Source: Syncephalis fuscata S228
Taxonomy: Eukaryota > Fungi > Zoopagomycota
Direction of reading: 5' to 3'
Length of the DNA: 64,000 nt
NCBI GenBank assembly: GCA_025786725.1
Contig: JAHLTZ010000007.1
Location: 496,001-560,000 of the forward strand
Shown here: positions 18,893 through 33,602 of the stretch, piece by piece
Layout of the letters: every line of letters begins with the position of its first letter
How positions within the stretch are numbered: position 1 is the stretch's first letter
Program-made: the position numbers and the translations under genes
Notes under the pieces: model-generated
What the model was told of the DNA's origin: nothing
Databases searched by the model: none
The model's input: the letters and a program-made list of their open reading frames with translations, nothing else

Positions 18893-20848
18893 TTAGGCGC
18901 GAACCACTATAATAGCCATTAAACAATGTTAGTTTTATCTGTTTTAGTTTATTAATTTACTTTGATACTTGCCTTGCCAGACACGGATGGTGTTGTCGGT
19001 GTAGCCAGCGAACAAAACGTTACCATCAGAGGACCAGGCCAACGAGATGCAGCGAAGCATACCCTCCTCAGCCTTGAGGGAGTCGATGCCCTCAACCTTA
19101 AGCTCATCAACAACAGACTTGCTCTCCAAATCCCAGATCTTGATGGAGGAACCGGTAGCGGCGCACAACCAGTAACGGTTGGGGCTGAATACCAAGGCGT
19201 TGATCTCATTGCCAGCCTCTAGGCTGTACAGATGCTTAGCATCATTCAAGTCCCAAAGCATGGTGATACCGTCCTTGCCACCGGAGGCGCATAGAGAACC
19301 ATCTGGGGAGACAGTGACGGTGTTGACGTAGCCGGTGTGGCCAATGTGGTTGGTGCGAAGGCGGCACTTGTTAAGTTCCCAGACCTATTAGTAATAATAA
19401 ACAATATTGATTAGCTCTTGTCAATAAATACATATTATTTATGCAATGCTCATAATATGCTAATCATATATATATATGTATGTATGTATATATATATACA
19501 TATTTAAATCATCAGTAAAATGGTGTAGTTGTTCTCATAGGCCATACACTATGGCCATCTGAAGTAGCAAATATATTCAAATGAGCATCATTTGATTTAG
19601 ACTAGCAGTTTTTGCGCGTTCTATTGCATCGCTTTTTACTCGTTTATCCATTCCATCTATAGTTACCTTGACGTATTTGTCCCAACCAGAGGAAACAATG
19701 ACTGGGTTGCTGGGATTTGGCGAGAAACGCACGCAAGAGACCCATTCGGTGTGACCGTTTTCACGGATATCGAATTTGCATTCACCCAAGGTGTTCCACA
19801 ACTTGATGGACTTGTCGCGGGAACCGGAAACGATTTGACGGTTGTCGGCCGAGAAAGAAACAGACAAGACATCCTAGAGATAATACGCGTTATTATAACG
19901 TTCATTTACACGTATATTTTTATTTCCATTCTTTATTAGCCTACCTTGGTGTGACCAACGAAACGACGGGTGGTCAAACCGGTCTTAAGATCCCACAGAC
20001 GGAGAGTAGTATCCCAAGAGGCGGACAAAGCAAATTGACCATCTGAGGAGATGACAACATCTTGAACGATGTGGTTATGGCTAAATGCAACAACAGTTGG
20101 CGTATATGCACATAAGTAATTTATATGCTTATTTAAATATAAACTTACCCAGTCAAACGACGGGTAGCCTTGGCATAGCGACCTTCCTCACGGATCAACT
20201 TCCATACCAAAATGGATTTATCTATTATTATTCATCATCATAATAATACACAATAATACACAGTATTATAAATAAACCACGTCTACTAGCAGTATTCGGT
20301 TTCTATTTACTTACCGCGAGATGCCGACAAGAGAACGTCTGGGTTCTCCGTGGAGGTGGCAATAGCCGTCACCCAGTTACCGTGACCTATGCAGAATGAG
20401 CAATAAGTATATATTAGCCACTATCTTTGTTGGTGTTGCTATTATTTCTTCGCTATTATTACAAATAGATATACATAATATTGCTATGTAACCGCTACAC
20501 TATTATCATCGCTATTATTCATCTATGCATCATACATTCATCATGCATATATCCATCCATCCATCCATCCATCCATTTCTTCCTATTGTAAATAACTAAA
20601 CAACTACAGCTATAGCCATAGCTACTTTGCTGTATATACATCCATGCGATGTATCCATATCATATCGCGTCAATAATAAACAGTATATGCTCTACCATCT
20701 ATTTATCCATCAATCCATCCATCCATCTGTTTATCCATCTATTCGTTCGTGCTGTATATCTATTCCGCTTCTAAATTAATATATGCTTACCCTTGAGTGT
20801 GTCGCGGAGGATCAAGGTATCCGTGCCGTGCGTTGTGTTGTAAGCCAT
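18893..20848 (-). CDS. ASC1: RACK1/Asc1/Cpc2 WD40 ribosomal protein
   Basis: [56 protein letters not shown]; ends WQ|VVRA* through a GC-AG last intron; strong codon bias. Confidence 0.97.
19505..19599 (-). ncRNA. SNR24: Box C/D snoRNA U24 (snR24) in a RACK1 intron
   Basis: 7-bp terminal stem TAAATCA/TGATTTA; box C ATGATG; guide ATATTTGCTACTT plus D' CAGA; hairpin GGCCATA-GTG-TATGGCC; C' ATGAGA; box D CTGA. Matches the yeast U24 guide as I recall it, and the known host gene. Confidence 0.92.
20552..20576. repeat. (CCAT)n microsatellite in RACK1 intron 1
   Basis: Read directly from the sequence. Confidence 0.85.
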
Positions 20849-21063
20849 TTGTTAAAAGCTATCTGCGTAAGAGGAGGCAACAACACGTCGGTGTGCGCGA
20901 TGGCATCCGTCAAGTAGTGTGTGGTGTGTGTGTGGTGATGATTGTGCGGGTGTTTCGCCCACCCAAAAATTGGTAGTTCACATCTAGAAACTATCACAAT
21001 ATTGCCACTCAAAAGGTTCATACAAGTAATTGGAATTTATTATTATAATTATAATTATTATTG

Positions 21064-24000
21064 TTACTTCAATCGAGACAATAGTCGTTGAGGATCAATT
21101 GCATGCTCAGGATCTATAATAGCTTCACAGGCTGCAATATAGGCTGCACGTACAGACACTCTAACTCGGCGTTTATCTCTTCGATAGTCGGTCAGTTTAA
21201 GATGGCGTAGATCGACATCGTCATCTCTGCCAAATGGCTGCAATCCACTTGCATTTACCCATTGCCTAGTTTATTAGTATTCAAATAATAAATAATTGGT
21301 AGTTAATCATTGTCGTGTAATTGTGTTAAACTGCTACTATAATAGTATTTACTACATACCATGATCGTTGCTTCATATGTCGATCAAAGAAACAAATAAG
21401 CTTATCCTTGTCTGGTTCCTTGTAGGACATGACAGCTGCCGGTACTGACTTGGATGGCTGTACCAACTATAGTGTTTAAATCAACATATAATAACAGTAA
21501 TAATTAGTGATCATATTCATGTTATCTGTTATCTGTTATCTTACTTCTGCAGGGAACCATGGAAATCCAGGCATTTTGGCCCATACAAGATCTCCAGGAA
21601 GTAATGATACACGAGATGAGGCGCGTTTTGGCTTTGATGATGGACGTTGCTCAGATACTGCCACTGCTTTATGTTCCTTAGATGAACTCGACGACTAAAA
21701 CATAATTGTTAATACAATTATAAATACTTGACTAAAATAACTATCTTTGTTATATAACATACTTTGGATAAAGTCGTATCTTTTGTTCCACGCGTTGTTG
21801 TAGATTGATTATCTGTTCTTTTTACCTCTTGAGATGGTAGCACCACTCTTGATGATTTTCGTGTTCCTGTAGCTGGTGGAACTTTTGGTTTTGGTGTTAC
21901 ATTCTTATTAGTTTTCCTTAAAAGTGCTTTTGGCGAAATAAATCGTCCATCTGCCCGACGAATAAGCATAGGTTTTGGTTTCTCGAGTTCTCCTTTTAGT
22001 CTATGGCTATAGCGTTGAGGTTGTTGTGCTTCTATATATATATATAGTTCATTGTTAATACAATCTTATTTAATTCTACCACTTTAATTGCTATTACCTG
22101 ATATTCTCGTCGTTGATTCTCCTTTCTTTATTGTACTCGATGCAGTAGATCTATCGGGTCTTTGTTTCTTCATAGTCTGTTTAGTGTCGCCTGTTTGCTT
22201 TTCTTTATTAGGTGACATTTCATCTGGATTCAACATGTATTCATTGTCATGTTCATTGTCCAACATCAGTTCACTTAAATCGGGTGTAGTCAATATATCG
22301 TCAATAATCGATCGATCCATAACATCGCCCACACGCTCAACGCCTAAAGCAGCCGCACGTTTATGCATTTCGCGCAATAAAGGTGCGCTAGCATATTGTA
22401 GACGTTTGGCCAGCTTGTAGTAATAAGTAATTGGCTTGTTGTAAGTAGAAGCGTTAGAAAATACTAGGCTAATATCACGCTGTAACAGAATGGCAGTATA
22501 CAAATATTAGATCAATATATTATATCGTAATAGTACTTTACCTCAAATTCATCAAGTGTTGATAGTCGGATGATTCAATCTTTTTTTTAATAGTGCCAAA
22601 ATCTATAGGCTCTTTAATTACTGACAAGTAATCTGGCACATCTTTAATAGAAACCGGCTCAGCAAATACATTGTGTATATCTCGTCTATAATATTGTAAT
22701 ATTATATTAATTTAACTATTAATTAAATAGCCTTTATCTTACTTTTGAATAGTATTAACCACTTGACGCATTAATAGTTGAAGTGGAAATGCAACAATTT
22801 CAAAATAACGAGTTCTTAATTGGGCCATTCGTAATTTCTCTCTTTCTCGACGTCGAATCATTTCTGTAAGTAATCGAATCTTCTCCAAATCAGCTCGTAA
22901 ATACACCAACGTCTTGAAGGCAATAATTGATTATTGATTAATTGATTAATTGATAAATATTATAACTATTACTTACCGAATATTTTTCAGCCTTTTCTTT
23001 ATCCGACTCTGTCTGAGTACTAGCATAAGCTGTCCACGGCTAACGCGAATAGTATCATTAATATCAATACTGCCTATTGCTATTTAATTCATAACTACTT
23101 ACTTCTAAATGAAGTCGTTTAAGAAGTGGTGCACCACGTCTTGTCTCTCGTTTTAATGCCCAGTATTTACATATTTGTTTAACAAATTGACTTCGCTGAC
23201 CAACTTGTGTACCTAATCCTTGTAGAATTCGATGACCAATATACAGTGGAACCATAGGTGCTTGAGTAAGAAAATGATGACTATGAGCACGGGCTGCCTT
23301 AATTGTATCCGCTAAATCCTCTTCAGATATTGCACTGGCCTTTCTCTTTTGTCCGATAGTCTTTGTTAATTCTAGTCTTGCTTCGTTTTCATTTCTTTCG
23401 TTTTCATCTTCTTGTTCATCGTCATTAGCACTCATAGTCATTGGTGTATCGATATCTGACTGTCTATTCGACTTTTCATCTGTTTCTGCTTCGATCTGTT
23501 CTCCTTCAACGCCTTCAGGCCCATCTGTAACAGTTGTCATATCGATAGTGGCCATATCCTCTTGTAGAATCATGGAGTCGTTATTATAATTAGCACTGCC
23601 ACCTTTTAAATGACGCTATATATATATATATATAGCAATATATAATATCAATATCAATATTAATAATCAATTATTACATATCATGTTATATTACTAACCG
23701 GTCGATGTCGTGCACAGTAGACACGCATATCATCTACATTTAATAAATCTTTGATTTTCATATAATATTTTTCTTTACGAGCACAAGTTACATGAAAGGC
23801 TGTAAAGCAGAATTTATGACAACATTGAATACAGGCACCTTTGCGCACCTTGCAAATTGAACAAATCTACTATGATCGTCAGTTCATTCGATTAAATGTT
23901 ACACCACACGTATCCATATTATACTGACCAATTTCCATCGACTTTTGGGAATATGATCAATTGCATCGACAGGTTCCATATAGACTGGATTAACTATTTG

Positions 24001-24840
24001 CACTTCAGGAATCCATAGAGCACATAGTAAATGGGCCCATTTGTTATTGGTTGTCTGTTTAAAGGCACCGCCTTCATTAGGACAAAAGATGCATGACTAA
24101 TATGTAAATGCTGTAATTAGCTATTCAAAATCAATGTAATACAAGTAACTACTTACCACGGGCTGTTCAGGTGATATCATACATTTACGACATAACCATT
24201 GACCCTCTGGAATATATGGAATACCATAACAATCTATTTATCATTTAATGGTGACTATTACAAATAACCAACAAGGTTAATGATCTAGTTACCTTGATGT
24301 ACAGCCAAATTACAACCATCACAAAATACAATAGCATTTGTATTGTCACACTCAGAATCTAAACAGATTTGACATGGTTGATCATCTGTAAAAGCCGATG
24401 GATTTGTGGGATCTTGTTTGGGTAGATCTTTTGTCTAATTAATATGACTTTTAATTAGATAATAGATAGATTGATGTATCGCTATTGATATAAACACTTA
24501 CTAATTCAAACCATTCTTTTTCTAATCGATCCATGACAAACTCAAACGTGTCATAGTCGATAACTTTTTGTTTATCTTTTACACGGTTTTGGTTATAGGC
24601 TTGTAGCCAGAATTTATCTATTTATAAGATTAGCGTGGAATCAAGTGTAGTTAACAAGTAATCTACCTTGTTCGTCCATATCATACTCGACTAGGCTGTC
24701 GAGTTCCGTTTCTGTTAGCTCTATTCATGGTTACAATGCTGTTATTAATAATAAATACGCGAATATAAATAGTTACAAACCAACATGCCGGATATAATGA
24801 CCTTTGGCCGCTCGTAGTTGACGGTAACCGTAGCCGTCAT
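21064..24840 (-). CDS. NTO1: BRPF/NTO1-like histone acetyltransferase complex scaffold (EPC-N, PHD-Zn knuckle-PHD, bromodomain, PWWP)
   Basis: VEYDMDEQD; [27 protein letters not shown]; [13 protein letters not shown]; [21 protein letters not shown]; bromodomain VFAEPV...VFSNASTYN; PWWP-like [13 protein letters not shown]. The start requires one frameshift at ~24803. Confidence 0.88.
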
Positions 24841-25182
24841 AGAGTGTAAATGTATAGCCAATTAAGAGACCCGCTGAATAGACAAAGCACTTGTACGGTG
24901 ACACGTCTTATCGTAGACGCCGATTAACCAATGTCATACAATACAAGCGAATTTTAGTTAAAGACAACGGCTGTAAAGAAAGAAAAGGGTGACCGCCACG
25001 ACGATTATTATTATCTATTTAGTAACGACCTAATAAATATTTATTTTATCCTCTTTCACCATTAAAGAATTCCACTTCTCCGCACTCACCACACACACAC
25101 TCGCCCATTCACACTTAAGAGATACACTTGCACAGATACACCCGTCGTATTCCTATAGTACACATAGTATAAGTGATTAGAT

Positions 25183-25549
25183 ATGTCGGATGAGGAACAG
25201 GCAACATGGGAACAAAGCTACTTTACGGGTTCTACGCCCTATAAAGGTGGTGGAGTACAAGACTATGATGTCGACAACGCGTCTACTCCTCTAAGACGCT
25301 ACACGGTACATAGGTAAGCTATTATAGTAGAGGACATAGCATTGCTAGCACAAGTAACCATTGACACTTGTGTATACTGTATTCTACTCATAGTGGTGGC
25401 TATCAAACGCCCACTCAAGCCACTGGTATGATGGAACACGACGACTTTTCTGTAGTAGAGGAAGGTCAAGGCGATATGACAAGTAGTCTATTTGAACTGG
25501 CTCATGAAAGACAGGTAGGTCAATTGTAGTCGGAAAAGTATAAGTTATG

Positions 25550-25585
<36 letters not shown>

Positions 25586-27685
25586 CAATATTAAAGCTAA
25601 TATGACATGAGTAGAGAAATATGGATTATCGCGAAGAAATGGAGGATAGTTATCGTAGAATAAGAATTGATAATGAGCAATTAACAGCAAATCTTGTAAG
25701 CTGAACATCTAATTATTATTAAGTAATTAATTGATTAATCAAATATGAATAAATACTAAATAGACAAAATATAAACAATTGGCTGAACAATCAGATAGAG
25801 ATGTGGCAACATGGAGAATTCGGTTCGAGTAAGTATAACATTGTTAATAATAACACAGTACAATTAATACAAGTACTTATTTTAGATCGGCGGAGAGTAA
25901 CTATCGCGGGGAATTAGAAAAGCATAAATATAGTAAAGAGGAGTTAAGACTATTTAAACTTCAGATGCAACAGGCCAGATCCCAGTATGCAGTAAGTGTG
26001 AATAAACACTATTCTATAACTATATGGACATTTATTGACATGATAGAATAGTTTGATGTTCGCAAAAGAGATTTGGAAATGGGTCGATTGAAGGAAAAGA
26101 TGCAAAGATACATGACAGATAGAAGTAAAACAAATAAAGTAGGTCTAAAACTACTGAATCATCTTGGAGAAAGTCAGCGAACTGGTGTTAGTGGCACTCG
26201 ATCCAATCAATCATCGGGAGAAGGTCGGGTAAGTAATGTTAATGGAAAGAAGCGTTACAAGATTAGATTAGTAATATTGAAATAAAGGGCGAGGAATTCT
26301 ATAAGCGTGTACTACACTCATTACAACAACGAGAAAAGGAATTCATACAGGAGAATGAGCAATTAAGAGGTGCATTACGTACATTATATCAAGAGGTGTC
26401 ATCACTACTTGTATCTTCGGCGGCGGCCAATGCACCTCCATCACCTTCTATGGCACAAATTCTACCTAATGATGGCGATATTATGGATGAAAGTGGTATA
26501 GAAACATCAAATACATCAAGTATAGAGGTAGGTATTTCATATTAATGTTAATCCATAGTAATTAATATGGTAACTAGAATAAGGCTGTAGATACTAGTTT
26601 ATTGACGGCTGATACCACTACCACAGCAATAACATCTCAAATGGCCCGTATCGATCTACCATCCTCTATGGCTGGTACTAGTATAGCCGAAGAGGTACGT
26701 GATATGGTGGCCCGTCTACGAGTACAATGGGAAGCAATGACGCTACAAGCACTGGCCCCCATTGATGCTGAAGTGTTGGCCACCAAAGAACAAGTGTTAC
26801 AAGAAAAAGACATAGAACTTGAAGCATTACGTCGACAATTAGGTAAGTTAATGTTTACATTTACTAATGATAATAGCCATGATAATAATAATAACTGCAT
26901 TGTAGATGAATACTCTTATGTAATTAAAGAACAAGAGAAATTAATGGATCTAGCATTGTCACCAGATATGGTCGGTGATCAATATAGTGTAGCAGGTGAT
27001 TCTACAATGTAAGTAAATTGTTTATTTAAAAGTGCTAACTAATTAATATGTAATAATAGCAATGAAATTACCGAGACTGAAATGGGTCAACGATACCAAG
27101 AACTTAAACGACAACAAGATGAATTAAATGCGGAACGAGAAACATTTACCGATGCTGCTGTTAAATTGGGACTTGAACGAGAACAGTTACTTGTAAGTGT
27201 AATGTATATATTTATTAGTATAGTCCATTCACCTAAGCAATACTATAGCGTGAACGATATATGTTTGAAGAGGAGAAACGACGTATAGAAATGGAACGTG
27301 TACTCGATATTCTACCAGATACACCGCAGTAAGTTATTAATGGTCTGTGTAATACACAGATCAACTTACGCTTTATAGATGGCTTAAGGAGACACCGGCC
27401 CGTCAAGCTCATGGACTCGGTCCACGTAGACAAGTACAAGAAACACCATTACGTGGTAGTAAATTGTCACAATCACATATAGCCTTTAATAGCGCATCAT
27501 TTCTAGATGATGATGATGATGATGACGACATTAATCATGGAAATGATCATTATTATCAAAACAGTCATAGTAATAACAATAACAATAATAATGAAGACAA
27601 TGAAGATGAAGATATGATTGGACATCGTGGTGAATTAAATATTGCCGGCATTCTCGAAGATGCAGAGAAAACATTTGCTCATTAA
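25183..27685 (+). CDS. SSX2IP/ADIP/Msd1-like coiled-coil microtubule-anchoring protein
   Basis: QYA|FDVRKRDLEMGRLKEKM; QENEQLRGAL; ETFTDAAVKLGLERE, resembling the SSX2IP FTEAAIRLGLER segment. Confidence 0.72.
25550..25581. repeat. (TAA)n intronic microsatellite
   Basis: Read directly; a similar tract lies at ~36624-36659. Confidence 0.85.
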
Positions 27686-27922
27686 CTAATTAATTAATAA
27701 ATAATAATAATATATATATATAATATAATGCTAATAGTTTATTTTGTAAATATAAATTTATAGTTAATAAACAATGTATAAATCGAGACATCATCGATGA
27801 CACATGTGTTGTACTGAATAAGTGAGTGGTATCAAGTAGAGGAAACAAACAAAGATTAAGATTGAATATAATACGCGTGTAGAAGATAACAGATTAAAGT
27901 GTTGTTGTGTTATGGTTATTGA

Positions 27923-30900
27923 TTAAACAAATAATCCGGTGGTAGTCGATGCTTCTACCGAATCTAATTCATCGAGCATTTTATCCATATCAGGTATCGT
28001 ATGATCATTCATAATCTCTGATATATCATCTGGTAGTTCAAATTCATCTGCTTCAGGGGTTAATTCATTAACTACCGTTAATTGACTCGTCGATAATCGA
28101 TCACCATGAGCGAGTAATTCTTCACTAAGAATACACTCATCATCGATAGCCGTATCTTCGGATACTGAAGTGAATACAGAAGAGGTTTGACGTCCATGAT
28201 GATGGTTATGATTGTTGTTGTTGTTGTTATTAATGGTTTCGGCATAGTCAAGACCACCGTTCATTGGACTATTTGATGCTTGAGTACAGTAGCGTAGACT
28301 TGATGGAATACAACTTGTATTGCCACTGGCCAATCCGGCACCACTTAGATTGGCATAGCTGTTTTTACGAGAGGCTACGGGCGATGTACGTTGATGATAG
28401 GCGAGTGGATTAGGGGCGGCAGTACTATTACTACGAGAACGACGTCCACGTAATTCAGCGGCCATTACCGAAAATACATCAGTAACTGGACTGTTCTCGG
28501 CACTAATAAAATTAAAGCTACCGGTTCGACTACGGCTTAAAATTGATCCATCGTTACCGCTTAGTGTAGAGAATGTACTAATATCGGCAGCTGCTGAAAA
28601 TGTACTAATATCGCCTACATCTAAACCATTATCTTCATCACCGGTATTCCATAGATCTTCGAAAATACCAAATGCTTGACTGCGTCGTTTATCCACAACA
28701 GCTTGGTTAATCTGGAATGAAGCGGCAAAGCTTTTGTCAAAGAATCGCTCCAACACTTCTTCAGATAAAATAACCGATCTTAATGAGGGCAGTGATAAGA
28801 AACGGACATCATCATGGTCTGGATCTTGCGTAGAGTTTTCATTGGCATGATTTAGAAATACGGCCACTGATCGAAGTGAAAATTCTTGTTGTTCAAATCG
28901 GAACATATATAAAAGACTTTCTGAAAAGTTAATAACATCTTGTTGGGTTAATTGACCATCTTGGTCGGTGTCGTGCATAGCATGGAATAGCTCAATACGG
29001 GACATTAGATCGCCTTTAATGACGGCACCCAATAGGCAAACAAGTTCTTGGAAGGACAATTCACCGGAATTTGCATGCGAGAATTGGTCGAATAGCCGTT
29101 TGGTAAAGTGATAGGTTGGTTTGGAGCGACGGCGTGTTCGTGTGGCATTCATACTGCGATTGGCCATGTCTAAATCTTCAACATCTTCTTTACCGCGACA
29201 CCAACGAGTAATGCTGGCTAAAAAGTCAAGGAATAGCGGATAGTCCATGGTAATTTCGTCTTCTTCTTCTTCACGTCGATAGAATAGAACTCTATGGTAG
29301 CAATCGTAGATTTGGTCGAGTTCGGGTCGTGAAAATCGAGCCGTATCAATTAGATTACGTACAACATTACGTTTGGTAAAGTCTTCAATGCTATGCACCA
29401 CTTTGGATTGTTGCGCCTTACGTAGCACTACAATAACTTCATCGTTAATGTGTAGGAAATCTTGAGTTGCCACTAGAATAAGTCGGTCGAATCCGGTAAT
29501 GGATCGTAAACGTGGATTGGTACTATTTGGATGAAGTAGCGTATTTAAAGAGGAAAAGTATTCTTTAATAATCTCGTTGAATTCCATATCGTCGCGTGCT
29601 TTACGTAGTTTTTCGCTATTGACCTTTAAAATGGCCAAACTATAAATTATTATAATGATTAATATCAACTAAAGAGTAATTAGTAGATAGTTACCTTATG
29701 TGGAATAGAATTTTGGGTCCTTCAATAAATAGTCGATCTAGAATACGAATAACAGATGCTAATGGCATTGCATTAATGAATAGACTAAGGAACCAAGGCA
29801 GTGTAAGTGTGGATATTTGAATATCTCGTGCATTAAGACGTCGCATTAAATCAGGCAAGTCTTTCTTGGCCAAGTCTTCAAAAATAGCCTGATCTAATAG
29901 AGCACCGTACATGCTAGTGGTATAATAACCAGGGCATATCTGTTCACAAAGAGTGGCCAAAGCCCAAAAAGCTTGTTCTTCACTCATATGACTAGATGAA
30001 TATATTAGTATATATATATATATACACCAATAGTTATATTTACTACACTTACATAAGGAGAACTGAAGCGACAATATTCATAGCTTGACAGTAGCCAAGT
30101 TCAGGATTGTGCCATGAATAGGCGGTAAGTACACGGCGTAGTCGCCCAATACCGTCGGATGACTGATAGGCTGGATATTCAGGCAATGAGCGATTAAGAT
30201 CCTTTTCAATTTCAGTTGTAGACATCGATACATTGGTATGGTTCTCTCGAAGTATATCACGATACCGATTTGGATAGGAGCAGCGATAGTAGATGGAACC
30301 ACAGCCAACTTCCCATATTTCACCTCGTAGTTGATTGGGTACACCGGTTTTAACTAGCTTTTGAAATTCTGGTAATTGTAATAAGGTCAAATTACGGCCA
30401 TGTAATTCATAATACATCTTCCATGCTGCTACTGTATTGGCATCGGCATAGCGGGCATCGTCGACTGGATAGCCAAATTGTTGGCCTAATCCAGCATTGG
30501 TATTACTATTGGCATGATCCTCGTCCTCATCTTCATCAAGTTGTTTAAATGAAAATGAGCTGCTATTGGGTGACATTGGAGGTGTAGCAGCGCTACCGCC
30601 AACGGCTTTTGTATCTGTACGAAGCATAGCTTCAGAAGAGCATGTATTTAGAAACGCTCTTAGTTTGGCTACATGTTGTACTTGAATTCGTAATTGATCG
30701 CGTAATGCCATACAGAACTGTTGACCTTCTCGGGCTGACCCTTCAAAAGCAACTACTACGCGTAGTTGATGCCAAGTAATAATAGCCACAGCCAGTGTAT
30801 GTTCAAAGTCATCTACTCGCTCTACACGACGCACCGTATAAAGAGGAATGACCCATTTGCATTCATGTGGCTTTTTTGAACCAAACGCCATATAAGTATT

Positions 30901-32538
30901 CGACACGTAAATACGACCATCCACTGTGTTGCGTGAATTATGCGCTAGTATAGCTGGACACGATTCAAGCAATTGTTCCGTAGGTGGAACACGGAAAAGA
31001 TTTTGAAAGTCTGAATCGTGTTTAAGTATTTCTAATTCTTGACGGAATGATAGAGCGCGTGGTCGTTCTGCAGTATCGTCGACATCTAGCTGGAATAGCG
31101 TTCTTGCCGAGTCAAGACGGCCTCGTCGTGCTATAGTAGGCGACAATGGAGGGCGTAACCCGTTTGACGCTGTTGATTGACGGCGTTGATTATTTAACGA
31201 ATCCGGTGAATTACCATTGCTTCCATTATCGTAACGCGAACGTAGTGTGGCCAATGAGCCTTTACGCGGTAATGGACCGGCATTAAATGAAGCACGGTGA
31301 TTTAAACGCAGTGGAACTGCCGTGGCCGTTGTATTGCGTCTAGGTCGACCTGTTTGTTTATCAACAGCCTGACCTGGTGCTGGATCTTGATTATTCGTCT
31401 TTAATACACGCTCGCTAGTTAGATTAACCAATTGAAGGATGGTTGTATAGACAGTATCACGTTCTGTTAATCCAGCAAAACAATGGGCCTCGCCGCCTTT
31501 GGTCGTAACCTTCAAACCATCAGACATTAAACCGGCCATTGAAGTATTTTTATCGGCCGTTTCAACATTCTTTAATTCTAATACAACTTTAAGTTGATCA
31601 TCGTCATTGGTGCTTCCTAAGAAGCAGATATAATGTTCACTAAGATAGATTGTGCCTGGACGATAACCAGCCGTTGGATGTTGGTAGCCACAGATATAGG
31701 AATTGACCATACGTTCATTAAGCGGCAGGTCAAAGGTATGCCTAAAGAACCGAGCTGTTGTTTTAAATTCTACATTTTCTTCAACATCAGTCGCCTCTAT
31801 TAAGCATGCGTTGTAAATGTAAGTTATTATGGCTATTATTAAATTCTATATCAACTGTACCTTCTTGTTCAATACGTAATCCAATTTCCCGTATAACAAA
31901 TGCCTCTCGCTCCTCAGCATTCTGCATACTTTCTGTCTCTGATACCAATGTTTCTATTTTACACATTTAATTTAATTTAATTCATTCATTAGTTAAATCA
32001 CCTATTATTGATTTCTGTTTAATATTTACCCATCAACCAGCGCCATAATTTATGTGCCACATGACGAGATTCCGTCCGAGCAATAATAAACTTTCTATCT
32101 TTATGTTTACGATCCGGCGTAAAAGTAATACGAAATGATAGTTGTTTTGTGTCTCTATATAATATAAATACAACAGTTAATACATATTAGTTATGTATCA
32201 TAACAATCAATATCCATTAACTAGTCTATATAGTTATTGTATTGTTATTATCGTTATTGTTGTTACTCCGCCAACTCCGTCTTTGCCTAGTATATCACAG
32301 CTTGCAACTCCCCTTTATTCTCCCCTCTCCGTAATTACCGCTATCTCAGCGTGTTCCGTATAGTAATATACAAAGCAAAAACAAAACAAGCTATAACTTA
32401 CGAGTTTTGAAACGAGCTAATAAAGGCACGGAATACATTGGCCGTGGACTTTATACGTTGTAGTGTAAAATAGTCTGACTGGCCAAGTGTCTCCCAGGTC
32501 ACATTCGACGGCTGAGCCAGGACAGGTTCTTCAAGCAT
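27923..32538 (-). CDS. GRAM-GRAM-TBC-EF-hand Rab-GAP (Mdr1/Gyp2, TBC1D8/9 family), paralog A
   Basis: [28 protein letters not shown]-hand DTDQDGQL, two GRAM domains; about 5 introns. Confidence 0.92.
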
Positions 32539-33602
32539 GTTCTATATTGAATGTTATAGCAGTAGAGAACTGCCTAATAAGCAAATAGAATAGATACGTA
32601 ATCTTGTCGAATAATGTCTTTATGCGGTAAACACAATAACTGCAAAGAAAAGGTTTGCGGGTGAGTTATTGAACACGAAACAATGTTGGTTGGTTGGTTG
32701 GTTGTTTAAAGCGGTCAAGGCCAGTTGGCGCCTAGGTAGAACGGGATAAACCACGTAATGCAAACGGTATATATTGATAGTAAGAGGGAAAGTAGTAGTA
32801 GTAATAGCAGTATCTTGACTGTTGTTGCTATAGCCAGTATTCAGGTTGAATAATAAGTAAACGAAGATAAAGGCTATTGATATAATAATAAACTACTACT
32901 AATAATAATAAGTAAGTGAAGTAAAGTGAAGGAGATTGCGTTGATAACAATTATAAAATAACAATTGAATACGCAGTATAAAGCAGCTATATTTGTGTGC
33001 GTAACTCTTTGAATAGAGCGAGTTAAAGCGGCGGAGCTATAAGAATTCACAAATATTTATTTAGTGAAACCTAATACAGTGATGCGTAGTTGTGTATACT
33101 TCACGAATCATCAACGTTGAAGTATAGCACAGTCAAAGATAAAGAGAGAGAGAGAGAGAAATAGAGCACGAGTGAAAGCCGGTCAAAGTAAACGATATCA
33201 CCGACGGGGAAACAGTAAAGAAAAATTGAACGAGAAAGATAAAATAGAAGAGTGAAAAAGGAAGGTGCAACTGTAGAGGCTCAATAATATGATAGTAAAA
33301 AGGAGAGAAACTAGACCGCACCTACTAATAATGGCAGGAAGCAAGTTAATAAGTAAACATCTCTTATACTAGTAATGTTGAGTTCATTGTGTTGTTGGTG
33401 TTGTTTTAATTGATAGATATTTCGAAACACAACTATCGGATAGAGAGTGAAAGTAAGAGATATCATTACAGGCTTCAAGGCCACTGTGTTACAATGAGTT
33501 ATTATTAATTAGCTAAGGCGTCGTTAATTGAACATGGTGCGATAGAAGCACGAATGTATGTATAGATACATATGTGTGTGTGGGTGTGTGTTTAATAATT
33601 GT

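Noticed and set aside
20388-20790. Second snoRNA in the long first RACK1 intron
   Set aside because: A box C-like ATGATGA is present on the minus strand, but there is no downstream CTGA or terminal stem; the intron is mostly simple repeats.
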